From an uncultured virus (IMG/VR IMGVR_UViG_3300027969_000065) (lineage: Duplodnaviria; Heunggongvirae; Uroviricota; Caudoviricetes; Demerecviridae), in IMG/VR virus record IMGVR_UViG_3300027969_000065: DNA of 34,634 bases; one strand, given 5' to 3'. A program made the translations under genes and the position numbers. Of this stretch, positions 1 to 9,403 are shown in pieces. A model generated the notes under the pieces. The model was not told the DNA's origin and made no database searches. It saw nothing but the letters and a program-made list of their open reading frames with translations. How positions within the stretch are numbered: the stretch's first letter is position 1; each line of letters starts with the position of its first letter.

Positions 1-1510
1 CCTCTATGGTAAAAGCACCACTACCAAAATTAAACGATGTATTAGTTGGCACAGTCAAATAATCTGAAGTACCATTAAAATACCCAGAACCATACGAGGC
101 TAGTCCTGCAGGTAAGTTGAATGGATTGCTTGAGACTACTTTGGGATTGCCGGAAGTAGAAACAGTTGCTGCAGTAGTGCTGGAATCAAAGAAACGGCTG
201 GACTGGCAGGTTAGTAAACTTGTATTGGTGATTGCGGTTAAAGCAGTTGTTGGTGGCGTGAATGCTGTAGTATATAAACATGTGCCATTAACTATCCGTA
301 GATTAGATACATATCCATTGACATAATAAGTAGAACCCCCTACAGCACCATTATAATACTCTATACCTATACGTATAATATTAGAAAATGTAGCAGTGGT
401 AGTCCAAGTACTACCAACTTGATTGCCATTCAAAAATAGTCTAGTTACATTACTAGCATCTCTAGCTAATGCAATATGCATCCATTGATTTAATGATAGT
501 GTAGGTCCACTTAACTGATAGGCATTATTAGAATATATGGCTAAAGTAGTGGCTAAAGTAAATTCAATACCAGTTGAATTTATAGAGTCGCCAATACTTA
601 TAGCTCCAGTAGCAGCATTTTTGTATAACCAAAATTCAATTGTAAATAATCCTGCTAAAGAACTAGTGGTAGCTGTTAAATATGATAAACTGCCATCAAA
701 ACTATTCCCGTAATATCCAGCCGTTAAAGGGCTAAAAGTGGTAGACTGAGGAGCACCTGCAGGAGTAATTGCAGCCGCATTACTGCTGGCATCAGTGATC
801 CAAGTAGGATTACTGTCACCGGTTACATGCAAATTGGTAAATCTATAGTAAGGATCACTCACCACCAGTGTATACACAATGCTTTGTGATACGTTTTGAT
901 TTTGTGCATCGGTAACTGCCACAGTAAACGTATAGATGGTGTTGGCAGTTACGCCTGTGATTGTACCACTTAGTAGACCTGAGCTGCTAATACTACAGTT
1001 AGGTGGTAGAGTGCCGCTGACAAATGTGTACACAAGAGGCGCATCTCCAACTGCTACAAGCTGTGCACTAACAGCAAGACTACTTCCTGTTAATGCGCTG
1101 GTAGTCCAGCTTGGGAAACCAGAGTACGAGATACCAGCTGCCCAGATTGATCCCACTGTGGCACCGTTGAAAACTATCAAGGAGGCAACAGTGCCGGAAA
1201 CAGCAGCAGGCACTGTGGCAACAATTGTAGTGCTGTTTAAATAGCTCCATACAACTTGCACGCCGTTTATGTATACTTTTGTAGTACCGCCCACAAAACC
1301 ACTGCCGGTTATCTTTACAAATCCACCCGCAGTGTTAACTGCTGTGTCGTCGCCTAAACCGCCATCTGTGCCGTTAATATCAGCACATGGATTAACAGCA
1401 GTAATTGTTAAAGCTGTAGAATTCTGTAGTTGCTCAACAGCACTGTAAACACCAGTGGCGTTAGCTGCAGGCACCACAGAAGAAATTAGTTTCTTTGTAA
1501 ACTTTGACAT
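1..1510 (-). CDS. Tail fibre/adhesin with IPT/TIG-like, Ig-like and LamG/concanavalin A-like domains (3' end outside window)
   Basis: Not in the ORF track because its stop lies outside the window. The ATG at 1510 overlaps the upstream stop (TAATG). Manual translation: MSKFTKKLISS...GGFVKITGSGFVGGTTKVYING (IPT-like), YTFVSGTLPP...SSSGLLSGT...YTFTVAVTD (Ig-like), FTIEFWLY...NQWMHIALAR...RLFLNG...GYVSNLRIV (LamG-like). A second LamG start (FNFGSGAFTIE) lies at the window edge. Confidence 0.85.
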   Translation of the reverse strand, partial: MSKFTKKLISSVVPAANATGVYSAVEQLQNSTALTITAVNPCADINGTDGGLGDDTAVNTAGGFVKITGSGFVGGTTKVYINGVQVVWSYLNSTTIVATVPAAVSGTVASLIVFNGATVGSIWAAGISYSGFPSWTTSALTGSSLAVSAQLVAVGDAPLVYTFVSGTLPPNCSISSSGLLSGTITGVTANTIYTFTVAVTDAQNQNVSQSIVYTLVVSDPYYRFTNLHVTGDSNPTWITDASSNAAAITPAGAPQSTTFSPLTAGYYGNSFDGSLSYLTATTSSLAGLFTIEFWLYKNAATGAISIGDSINSTGIEFTLATTLAIYSNNAYQLSGPTLSLNQWMHIALARDASNVTRLFLNGNQVGSTWTTTATFSNIIRIGIEYYNGAVGGSTYYVNGYVSNLRIVNGTCLYTTAFTPPTTALTAITNTSLLTCQSSRFFDSSTTAATVSTSGNPKVVSSNPFNLPAGLASYGSGYFNGTSDYLTVPTNTSFNFGSGAFTIE

Positions 1511-1881
1511 TAGCTGATCGTTTCGTAGCTGGTTACGTATTCAACTGCACTGCTGGTACCACTGGTTACTACAAGGCTTTTATCTTCTGTTAAGTATACA
1601 AAGTTGCCTTTGTCGATGAGTTGCAGTGAACTGTTTGCAGGTACTGCAATTTGATATGCCAATCTATACGCTGTACCAGCACCTGCTGCACTGCTTGTAA
1701 TCGACACCGTCACGGTAGCTGAAGACCCAGTTACGTTAGTGCAGGTAAGTGAATTGATTTTCACGACCGCAGCAGAACTAGCAGCATTGGATACCATTAC
1801 GTTGGCAGTAGTATTTGCAGGTGCTGCAACAGCTAAACCTGCCGTAATTGTTGTAACATTTACAATATTTGGTGCTGCCAT
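1510..1881 (-). CDS. Small beta-rich virion/fibre-associated protein
   Basis: 123-aa ORF tightly coupled to both neighbours; MAAPNIVNVTTI start; A/T/S/V-rich; lies in the fibre cluster. Confidence 0.7.
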   Translation of the reverse strand: MAAPNIVNVTTITAGLAVAAPANTTANVMVSNAASSAAVVKINSLTCTNVTGSSATVTVSITSSAAGAGTAYRLAYQIAVPANSSLQLIDKGNFVYLTEDKSLVVTSGTSSAVEYVTSYETIS

Positions 1882-1882
1882 A

Positions 1883-2401
1883 TTAACCTCCGAATATCAT
1901 TGCCATAGCAATGACTTTACCAACACCCTGAGCGGGGCCCACAGGACCTTGTGGCCCGATGTTTGAAGCGACTTGCCAGGTGCTGCCGTCATAAATCAAC
2001 TGTACCATCAAACCTTTAACGTCTAATACTAAATTTTCTGCAACAGCTTCAATTGTCGACCCGTTGCGGGCTATGGTCAAGTTATTTGTTGCCCAATTTC
2101 CTGCGTCCATGAAATACACGTAGTCGCCTGCTGCTGGAGTTGCAGGTAGTGTAACTGTGAATGCGCCGCCTGTAGTATCTGTGATGTATTGTTTGCCTGT
2201 GGTGGCAGTAGTTGCACTGGTAATCTTTGTCCAGACTCCGCCGCCGCCGCCTCCACTAATACTCTGAATAGTATTATCAGATTTCTTATAGTAAATCTTA
2301 CCATCTGCGTAGTTTAAAGCAACTTCTCCGTATACCAAGTCTGTGGTCAGCGGCACTTTGGCCGCTACAGAGGAGTTCTTTAATTTTATTGTTTGTGCCA
2401 T
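1883..2401 (-). CDS. Tail fibre segment: Mtd-N-like head plus T4 gp34-N-like repeat
   Basis: MAQTIKLK...GEVALNYADGKIYYK N-terminus; DTTGGAFTVTLPATPAAGDYV...NNLTIARNGSTI repeat; short GPQGPVGP collagen-like run. Confidence 0.75.
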   Translation of the reverse strand: MAQTIKLKNSSVAAKVPLTTDLVYGEVALNYADGKIYYKKSDNTIQSISGGGGGGVWTKITSATTATTGKQYITDTTGGAFTVTLPATPAAGDYVYFMDAGNWATNNLTIARNGSTIEAVAENLVLDVKGLMVQLIYDGSTWQVASNIGPQGPVGPAQGVGKVIAMAMIFGG

Positions 2402-2442
2402 AGCAAGTTCCTAAAAAGGAGAAATCTGATAAACTAAAAAGT

Positions 2443-4239
2443 TTAGAATGTACCGCCGTCGATGGTGGTGGTAGGACTTAAATAGTCAGTGCCGTCTACT
2501 GCAGCTGTAAACGCCGAAGTACCGTTGCCTTTGACCAAGCCAGTTAAAGTTGTAGTGCCTGTGCCGCCGTATGCTACTGCTAGTGTAGCAGAAAGACCTG
2601 CTGCAGTACCGGTGGTGTTTTGATTGAACGTAGGCCAAGTAAATGTGCCGGTGCTGAAGTTACCGGAAGCAGGTGTGCCTAGAGCCGGAGTAATTAGAGT
2701 GGGAGAAGTTAAAGTAGGAGTAGTTAAAGCAGGTGAAGTATTAAGTACTACAGAGCCGGTTCCAGTACTAGTAGTTACTCCGGTACCTCCGTATGCTACA
2801 GCTACTGTGGTGGCACTCCAAGTACCTGTATTAATTGCACCCAGTGTAGTAATAGTAGACTGTCCAGCATAGTTACCAGCAATATCAATGCTGTCCGCAT
2901 TAACCGTAATACGATTTGCAGTACCAATTACATCAATACTATTACCTGTTTTGGTAAGACCTGTGCCTGCAATAACTTGGCCTGCACCTGAAAACTGTGT
3001 AAAAGTTAAAGCAGTTGTGCCTACTAATACTACGCCGTCATTGGTACATACCCAGCCAGTATCAGCATTAAGTGTACCTTCTTGCACAAACAAGAATGTG
3101 CCGCCGGTGATTTCTGAACTACCGGCATCTGCATCTGTAGCGCGTGCCCAAGATCCAGAAGCAACTACATAAATACCGTTTTCAGATTGAATAGATTGAT
3201 TCTTAACTAGTACGCGGTCATTGGCAACTAAAGATACCGAATCGATGGTTTGTAAACCACTCAAAGTAATATTAGATGCTGTTGTTGCTGCGCGAACTGC
3301 GTCTTTTACTGACAATCCCTGACGCGTAGCGTCAACATATGCTTTGGTTGCCGCATCTTGCGCTGAGGTAGGATCTGCTACACCTGTGATTTTTTGACCG
3401 TTGAAAGCTACTGCAGAATTAGGCAAAGCAAATTGATCTAGCCTGCTGGTGCGTACCTGAGTATCAAAGTCACTGATCTTACTTGCTGTAAGAGTTGGAA
3501 TATCTCCGGCAATTAAACTAGTACCTGAGGTCGCTAAACCCTTGGCATTAATTGTTACTTTTGGATATGTACCTGCTACCGCAACTGTTGCTAAAGTAAG
3601 GGCAATTGAGGTAGTACCAGTGCCTGTGGCATCGCCGCTAACACTGATGCTTTGATTAGCTGTTAAATAGGTATTAGTATCTAAACTCCAAGTATCTAGT
3701 GCTGTTTTCTTTAGCAGTCCACTTGTACCTGCAAGCGATCCAATTGCAGTTAAATCTGCGTCTAGTGGTTGAGCATCTGTAATTCCGAAACCACTTAAAG
3801 TTGTAGGATTAGTACCTGCGGTAACTAATCCTTTGGTATCCACTGTTACAGACTTATAAGTACCAGCAGTAATTGCACTATTTGATACTAGGTAGTTTTG
3901 ATTTCTAACATACTCAGTAGTAGCTGCTCTAGTACTACTATCTGAAGTTAACTGAGTAGTAAAGGTATTAATACCACTAAATGTATTATCACCGCTATGA
4001 GTATTATTAGCACTAAAAGTTTTTGTTCCACTAATGGTTTGGTTGCTGGTAAGTGTAACAAAAGCACCTGAGCCTGCAATAGCATCTACAGTAGTTGCTG
4101 TGCCTCCTGCTCCGCCAGTGCCTTTACCATAGTAAAGAGTATTATCTACTTCATTGAATGCTAGTTCAGCATTGGCTAGACCTGTGGGAGCACCTGTGGC
4201 CCCTGTAGCTCTACGTTTAATACGGATTGTATTTGCCAT
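2443..4239 (-). CDS. Long tail fibre protein
   Basis: ATG at 4239 follows AGGAG. Mtd-N-like start (IRIKRR...AELAFNEVDNTLYYG); fibre repeats (AGTYKSVTVDTKGLVTAGTNPTTLSGFGITDA); YadA-stalk-like KITGVADPTSAQDAATKAYVD; VRAATT...LQTIDSV...DRVLVKNQ...ENGIY fibre domain; ends IDGGTF. Confidence 0.85.
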   Translation of the reverse strand: MANTIRIKRRATGATGAPTGLANAELAFNEVDNTLYYGKGTGGAGGTATTVDAIAGSGAFVTLTSNQTISGTKTFSANNTHSGDNTFSGINTFTTQLTSDSSTRAATTEYVRNQNYLVSNSAITAGTYKSVTVDTKGLVTAGTNPTTLSGFGITDAQPLDADLTAIGSLAGTSGLLKKTALDTWSLDTNTYLTANQSISVSGDATGTGTTSIALTLATVAVAGTYPKVTINAKGLATSGTSLIAGDIPTLTASKISDFDTQVRTSRLDQFALPNSAVAFNGQKITGVADPTSAQDAATKAYVDATRQGLSVKDAVRAATTASNITLSGLQTIDSVSLVANDRVLVKNQSIQSENGIYVVASGSWARATDADAGSSEITGGTFLFVQEGTLNADTGWVCTNDGVVLVGTTALTFTQFSGAGQVIAGTGLTKTGNSIDVIGTANRITVNADSIDIAGNYAGQSTITTLGAINTGTWSATTVAVAYGGTGVTTSTGTGSVVLNTSPALTTPTLTSPTLITPALGTPASGNFSTGTFTWPTFNQNTTGTAAGLSATLAVAYGGTGTTTLTGLVKGNGTSAFTAAVDGTDYLSPTTTIDGGTF

Positions 4240-4251
4240 CAAAGGCTCCTT

Positions 4252-4509
4252 TTAAAAATTGCCGCCTTCGGTCAATAGTTCTTGTGCTTTGTTGATCCAG
4301 TTAAGTCCATTATATGTTATTAGGTCATTAGACCTTAAGTCCGTTATTAATATAGGACTACCTGCAATAGTACTCTCGCCGCTTGGCCCCCTGGGGCCGA
4401 CTGCGCCGGCCATGATAATATTGCTGGTAGGAATATCTACAACTACATTACCATAAGTGCCTACATTAACAATTGTACTATTATCTTCGATAATATTAAT
4501 TATGTCCAT
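4252..4509 (-). CDS. Small fibre adaptor protein
   Basis: 85 aa; GAVGPRGPSG collagen-like triplets; NDLITYNGLNWIN; ends EGGNF; lies between the putative collar and fibre genes. Confidence 0.65.
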   Translation of the reverse strand: MDIINIIEDNSTIVNVGTYGNVVVDIPTSNIIMAGAVGPRGPSGESTIAGSPILITDLRSNDLITYNGLNWINKAQELLTEGGNF

Positions 4510-4511
4510 TT

Positions 4512-5096
4512 TTACCTCGTAACCTCTGCTTCTAGAGTAAGATTACCGTAAATGAAGGGAGTAACTACACTGCCTCTGACTAGTTCTAAACTATATACTG
4601 CGGTTTTAAATGTAAACGCAGCAGTATCCGTTGCAGAAATAGTAATTGTAATGCTTTTATTAATGTCGTCAATTACTATTCCACCGTTGGTTGTAGTTAA
4701 TTCTTTGATAAACGTTGTGCTAGAAACTTTTTCACGAATCTGCATACGTGCTGAATAATTGTCCAGCGGTACTGGTTGATTGTACTCCATTACGCCGGCG
4801 CTGGTATACGCAGTGTATGCTAGCGCATTTATTTCGTTGAATGTAACACTGTTAGAAGTTACGGCTGTAGCCAAGTAGTAATTGTCGCCTGAATTAATTT
4901 CTTTCATGCCCAGCACGCCGGATACTTTTACTCGCCAATTTAAAGGAATTCCGTGATAGTTAGATAATACAACTACTGGAGCAGTTCTGGTAATACCTGA
5001 AATAGGAGCATATACCTTAGTACTAGATTCCCAGCGAAGAACTTCTGTAAAGGTGCTTCCCTGGAATATTTTTAGGTTTAACTTACTTGGTGCCAT
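4512..5096 (-). CDS. Fibre collar/anchor protein (T5 p132/LtfC-like) with inserted beta domain
   Basis: Start moved to MAPSKLNLKIFQGSTF because the longer ORF overlaps a promoter. IxQGSTF...YSARMQIR...ITISATDTAAF...YSLEL pattern typical of the p132-like fold, with a HGIP...VKVSGVLGMKEIN insertion. Confidence 0.7.
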   Translation of the reverse strand: MAPSKLNLKIFQGSTFTEVLRWESSTKVYAPISGITRTAPVVVLSNYHGIPLNWRVKVSGVLGMKEINSGDNYYLATAVTSNSVTFNEINALAYTAYTSAGVMEYNQPVPLDNYSARMQIREKVSSTTFIKELTTTNGGIVIDDINKSITITISATDTAAFTFKTAVYSLELVRGSVVTPFIYGNLTLEAEVTR

Positions 5097-5142
5097 GATT
5101 ATCCTTGGAAGTAAAAATGTGGATACGTCTATAATTTTGTCT

Positions 5143-5171
5143 ATTATACCATGCAGGCATAGTCTAGTCAA
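5143..5171 (-). promoter_or_regulatory. Sigma70-type promoter for fibre genes
   Basis: TTGACT-N17-TATAAT with TG extended -10 (TGGTATAAT). Confidence 0.85.
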
Positions 5172-5174
5172 ACC

Positions 5175-5206
5175 AAAAAAATTCCAACCCGAAAGTTGGA
5201 ATTTTT
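5175..5206. terminator. Intrinsic terminator, probably bidirectional
   Basis: AAAAATTCCAAC-CCGAAA-GTTGGAATTTTT hairpin with T-tracts on both strands, just after the stop at 5209. Confidence 0.8.
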
Positions 5207-5208
5207 AA

Positions 5209-5655
5209 TCAAGGACGTTCTTCTGAACGTATAGGATCAGTTAAAATTTTAGTAGCACGTGTTTGGGTGAGTAAACCTTTATTTACAAGCATGGAAAATC
5301 CAGTTATTACTTTATTACCATCTTTTAGGTCAAACGTAGCTGCTGCATCAAACCTAGTTTTCCAGAGATCTACTTCTGCATCTGTTTTAGCAGCATTGAT
5401 AACGCCAATAAACTCAGCATCAGTCATGCGATTTAACATAGCAGTTTTGGTAATTACATCAGGTATGACAGGTAGCGGTGGGGGTACGACTACTGGTTTA
5501 GAAGAAACAAATTCTCCACCAGTATAAGTACTTCCTATTACTGTATACTGATCTGGTGCTTCTACCCAGTTTCCGATTACGTGTATAGTTGGTTTTTCTT
5601 GTTGGAATACCAGAGTAGTAACTATGCTATTATCTATTAATGCCCAAAATTTCAT
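5209..5655 (-). CDS. Tail tip/fibre accessory protein
   Basis: Likely start MKFWALID next to the upstream stop; Pro linker followed by an ITKTAMLNRMTDAE...AxKIL domain common next to fibre genes. Confidence 0.6.
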   Translation of the reverse strand: MKFWALIDNSIVTTLVFQQEKPTIHVIGNWVEAPDQYTVIGSTYTGGEFVSSKPVVVPPPLPVIPDVITKTAMLNRMTDAEFIGVINAAKTDAEVDLWKTRFDAAATFDLKDGNKVITGFSMLVNKGLLTQTRATKILTDPIRSEERP

Positions 5656-5656
5656 A

Positions 5657-6277
5657 TCAGTACTCCACAACTATGATTAAACCAAGAGCCCCAGAACCAC
5701 CGGCATTATAAACATAAGTATCATAACTACTTAAAGGTAATCCTGTAGATCCACCGCCTCCGCCAGCTCCATAACCTTGTGCAGTACCCCCGCCTGCACT
5801 TCCGCCTGTGCCAAACAAACAAGATTCTCCTTGCATAGGTTGGTCAGTATACCAGTATCCATTACTACCTTGTACAGTTTTACTTCCATTGCCGCCATTT
5901 TGACCGCCTAAAGCATATAGCTGTCCCAGTGTACCTGCACTACCTGTATTCCAAACAGTATTAAATGCACTATATGAACCGCATGTATAAGTATATGAAG
6001 ATATAGGAGTACCACTTACGCTTTCTCTTTGATACCATTTTGTTACTAGCTGACCACAACTACCGCCTCTGCCACCAGAACCATAAACATTATAGGTACT
6101 ACCACTTGAACTAGTCAAATTACCTGCCGAACTACCTCCGGCTCCACCTGCTCCTATCATAGTAAGATAGAACCAAGTAGTATCTGTTAGTGGTGTAAAA
6201 GTACCGGTAGAAGCAGTCAGAGTTGTACTGCGCAGAGGAGTTCCTCCGCCACCAGTAAACTTACTCAAAGACATCAT
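5657..6277 (-). CDS. Glycine-rich tail fibre/adhesin protein
   Basis: ATG overlaps the upstream TGA; STGTFTP...MIGAGGAGG...GYGAGGGGGS...GGSGALGLIIVVEY glycine-rich domain. Confidence 0.7.
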   Translation of the reverse strand: MMSLSKFTGGGGTPLRSTTLTASTGTFTPLTDTTWFYLTMIGAGGAGGSSAGNLTSSSGSTYNVYGSGGRGGSCGQLVTKWYQRESVSGTPISSYTYTCGSYSAFNTVWNTGSAGTLGQLYALGGQNGGNGSKTVQGSNGYWYTDQPMQGESCLFGTGGSAGGGTAQGYGAGGGGGSTGLPLSSYDTYVYNAGGSGALGLIIVVEY

Positions 6278-6951
6278 ATGAATCTCCATCCTATTGTTGC
6301 GTTAAAATATCGTAAAAGTACCGAAGCGTACTTTGAATTAAGCGTTATGTCATCAGCAAAACCCATGATAGGTTTGCCGTTTCTAGATACTACATTAGTT
6401 GTTAAGTCATTGCCAACTGTAATAAATACTAAGTCTCCTAAGATAGGGGAACCCGGCAAAGTAACTGTAGTAGCTGCAGCATTAGTTAAAATATAATGTG
6501 CGCTAGATGCTGCACTTACTGAAGTAGCTGTAACTATAATTGCTGTGGGAAAGTAAACAGATCCTAAACTTGACCAATTAGTAGGATCAAGCGACGGATC
6601 TGTAGTTCCCCCTCCTGCAGTTAATCTGCGATAAATACCATAATTAATTGGAGACCAGACTGCAGTTCCTATTGTGTAAGTAGTACCACTTACCCAACCT
6701 GGTGCTCCCAGAGCACTAATAGCATTGGTAGAAGCTGTAGAAGCTATAGCAGCTTGTGCTGCTGCTGTTGCGGCACTGTTGTAAGCATCTAAGGCATTAC
6801 CATAATTCACTGTACTAATAGCGTTAACTTCTGATCTTAGTCCAGGTAAAGCACCTAGAAATGCATCTGCTCTGGCATCGAAATCTGAAGGAGAGGAAGT
6901 ACTAGGCGGGTTAGGAAGTGCACTTATTGCGGTGGGCGAAACTATTGCCAT
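6274..6951 (-). CDS. Tail tip/fibre base protein
   Basis: ALPNPPS...FDARADAFLGALP N-terminus; WVSGTTY CBM5/12-like motif; C-terminal TVTLPGSP.GD...SRNG gp34-like repeat. Confidence 0.7.
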   Translation of the reverse strand: MAIVSPTAISALPNPPSTSSPSDFDARADAFLGALPGLRSEVNAISTVNYGNALDAYNSAATAAAQAAIASTASTNAISALGAPGWVSGTTYTIGTAVWSPINYGIYRRLTAGGGTTDPSLDPTNWSSLGSVYFPTAIIVTATSVSAASSAHYILTNAAATTVTLPGSPILGDLVFITVGNDLTTNVVSRNGKPIMGFADDITLNSKYASVLLRYFNATIGWRFI

Positions 6952-6952
6952 A

Positions 6953-7855
6953 CTATATTTCCTCTAGTTCTAAATTAATAGTAATCGCTATTGGATTATC
7001 TATGTTGATTGTAAAAGTCTTGTAAAATCCTAAAATTAACAAAGACTCGTAGTAGATATCCGAAACTGATTGATTTAATCCACTCCATACAGCAGGCTTG
7101 GCATTTAAATATTCTCTTAGTCGGCCTACTTTGTTTATAATGCTTTTATCTGCTATTAAAGTAGCACTAATTTTAGGAATATTACGACGCTGAATTAAAG
7201 TAGCATTGCCGTATAAATCTCGTTCTACGGTAGAGAAGTTAACAGCATCTGCTGCAATACCTTTTTGAATGATACCTATATTTTGATATATACCTGCTAC
7301 TATGTTGCCGCATTTAATGGTGCCAGTACCAGTCAATGTAATAGTAATAGTTACATTATAGTAAGGCGGAATATCTAATGTTATGCAGCTGGCGTAGTAC
7401 GATGTTGTACCATTCACAGTATACGAGTTATCTTTGTCTACAATTGTAGTAGCAGGAACTGTACCATAGCTTGTGGTAACTGTAATATGAGAAACATTTT
7501 CCAAGCCCAGCAGCGCCAGTGCATCTATGCGTTGAGTGGGGTTCAGTACTACTACTATGCTGTTGGTTGCGTAAGATTTGACGTTTCTAAGAGTATCAAA
7601 CATAGCGTATTTATTTGTACTGGAAACTTCAACCCATTTAGGCGCTGTGGTATAAATGCTCAGTTCTGGTACTACACTGTCTATGGTACTGACAACACTG
7701 CTTGACTCGTAAATTTTATGAGTTTCTGCTCTGTATACTCTGGTTGGAGCAGCATAGCTGGTAGCTGGATTCCACAAAGTTTCTCCGGTACTAGGCTCTG
7801 CTATACTAGAAGTAACCATGGCCGCAGTAATTGTAACAGGAGGAATAACTATCAT
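6953..7855 (-). CDS. Distal tail-like protein, paralog 2
   Basis: MIVIPPVTIT...; WNPATSY motif; C-terminus NFSTVERDLYGNATLIQRRNIPK...INIDNPIAITINLELEEI closely matches the upstream gene. Confidence 0.7.
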   Translation of the reverse strand: MIVIPPVTITAAMVTSSIAEPSTGETLWNPATSYAAPTRVYRAETHKIYESSSVVSTIDSVVPELSIYTTAPKWVEVSSTNKYAMFDTLRNVKSYATNSIVVVLNPTQRIDALALLGLENVSHITVTTSYGTVPATTIVDKDNSYTVNGTTSYYASCITLDIPPYYNVTITITLTGTGTIKCGNIVAGIYQNIGIIQKGIAADAVNFSTVERDLYGNATLIQRRNIPKISATLIADKSIINKVGRLREYLNAKPAVWSGLNQSVSDIYYESLLILGFYKTFTINIDNPIAITINLELEEI

Positions 7856-9402
7856 ATTTCTTCCAGCTCTAAGTTAACAATAACTCCGATGGGATTATCT
7901 ATGTTTATAGTAAAAGTTCTGTAGAATCCTACAATTAGTAAAGTTTCAAAATAAGTTTGATCTGGTATGTCGTCTAAGCCTACCCAAGCTGCAGGTGTAG
8001 CATTTAATTGATCTCTTACCAAACGCACTGCATTTATATATGATTTATCCAAGTATAGTGTTTGATTGGTTTTTGGAATATTGCGACGTTGAACCATGGT
8101 AGCATTACCAAATATATCTCGTGTTACTGTGGAAAAATTAATAATTTCACTGGTAGCTCCACGTTGCAGACTGCCAAGCCACTGAGCTCTACCAAGAATT
8201 AAACCTCCACAGCCTACATTGGCACCTGTTAATACTATACTTACTATGGCATCCGTATACGGAGGCAAATTAGAAAATACAGCAGACTTAATTGTACCGC
8301 TGGAAGTAAAAAAGTAATCATACCAAGTTGTAGATGATTTAGTAGTTAAATTTCTACCAGTATTATAGATAGTTGTACCCGTACTAGGAGAGTATACTGT
8401 GACTACTGCATTTCCTACTTCGGTTAGTCCTACCAACACTGCTGAGTCTACTCTGCTGCCTGTGGCAACAGAAATAATCATTTGGTCTCTGACTTTAGAA
8501 GTACTATTACGCAAGTAATCAAATGCTCCCCAACGATTGCTGGGGCCTACGTCAAACCAGTATGTGGGACTAGTTGACGTAGGTAGTGTGGTGTTTACTG
8601 TGGTAGTTGCAATTATTTCGTATGTTCTGTTGTTGTAAGTTACTTGCACTGGACTAGCTGCTGAGTACGTGTAAGTAGTACCGCTTACCCAAGGCAGTGC
8701 GTCTAGTCTTACCCAATACGGAATATCTAGTAGTATAGATGCTTCTGGTAAAATTGTACTGTTTGTACTCGACACAATAACATCTTTGATACATTGATAA
8801 ACACAATTTGTAGTTGCTCTGTAGACTTTGGCGCCTGAAGCATACGCACTGCCGGAAACCCAAGCTGTTTGACTTGCCAAGTTTCCTGCATTTGTTACAT
8901 TTGAGTATACCACGCAAGGAGAAACCCCTGTGAAAGTATCTGCTGCTCTGGTGCCTTGTATAGAAGAAATATAACTTGTGACGAAGGCACCCGCTTCTAG
9001 CTGAACGTACTGCACAGTTCCAGTAACTGTTAAAGTTAAAGTACCTGCGGAAGGAGTAAAAGTTAAAACTACTCTGTTGGGAAATACTCCTGTGCCTGTT
9101 AAACTGCCGGTGTATGTACCAGATAGAGCGATTGTACCAGTTCCGTAAAAACTCAAAGTATACGCAGTATTGGTTACTGTTATGTTTTGAGTACCAGGTG
9201 AATCGCTGTTAACAACTACGTTAGTACGTGCTGGTTCATATAAAACTCCCTGACATGCTAAAGTTACTGGATTAAAAGTTACACGAGGGGTATTTACTGC
9301 AGCAGTTTGCATTGCCCCATATTTGTCAAAATATGTTGCTGCGGTACTGCGAGTAAAAGACCCCTCCGTATTACTTATCGTAATAGGAGGGATTACTTTC
9401 AT
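7852..9402 (-). CDS. Distal tail-like protein, paralog 1, with extra carbohydrate-binding-like domains
   Basis: Directly downstream of the tape measure gene; FTRSTAATYFD...EPARTN...QLEAGAFVTSY...TRAAD insert; two WVSG.xY motifs; C-terminus paralogous to 6953..7855. Confidence 0.7.
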   Translation of the reverse strand: MKVIPPITISNTEGSFTRSTAATYFDKYGAMQTAAVNTPRVTFNPVTLACQGVLYEPARTNVVVNSDSPGTQNITVTNTAYTLSFYGTGTIALSGTYTGSLTGTGVFPNRVVLTFTPSAGTLTLTVTGTVQYVQLEAGAFVTSYISSIQGTRAADTFTGVSPCVVYSNVTNAGNLASQTAWVSGSAYASGAKVYRATTNCVYQCIKDVIVSSTNSTILPEASILLDIPYWVRLDALPWVSGTTYTYSAASPVQVTYNNRTYEIIATTTVNTTLPTSTSPTYWFDVGPSNRWGAFDYLRNSTSKVRDQMIISVATGSRVDSAVLVGLTEVGNAVVTVYSPSTGTTIYNTGRNLTTKSSTTWYDYFFTSSGTIKSAVFSNLPPYTDAIVSIVLTGANVGCGGLILGRAQWLGSLQRGATSEIINFSTVTRDIFGNATMVQRRNIPKTNQTLYLDKSYINAVRLVRDQLNATPAAWVGLDDIPDQTYFETLLIVGFYRTFTINIDNPIGVIVNLELEEI

Positions 9403-9403
9403 A

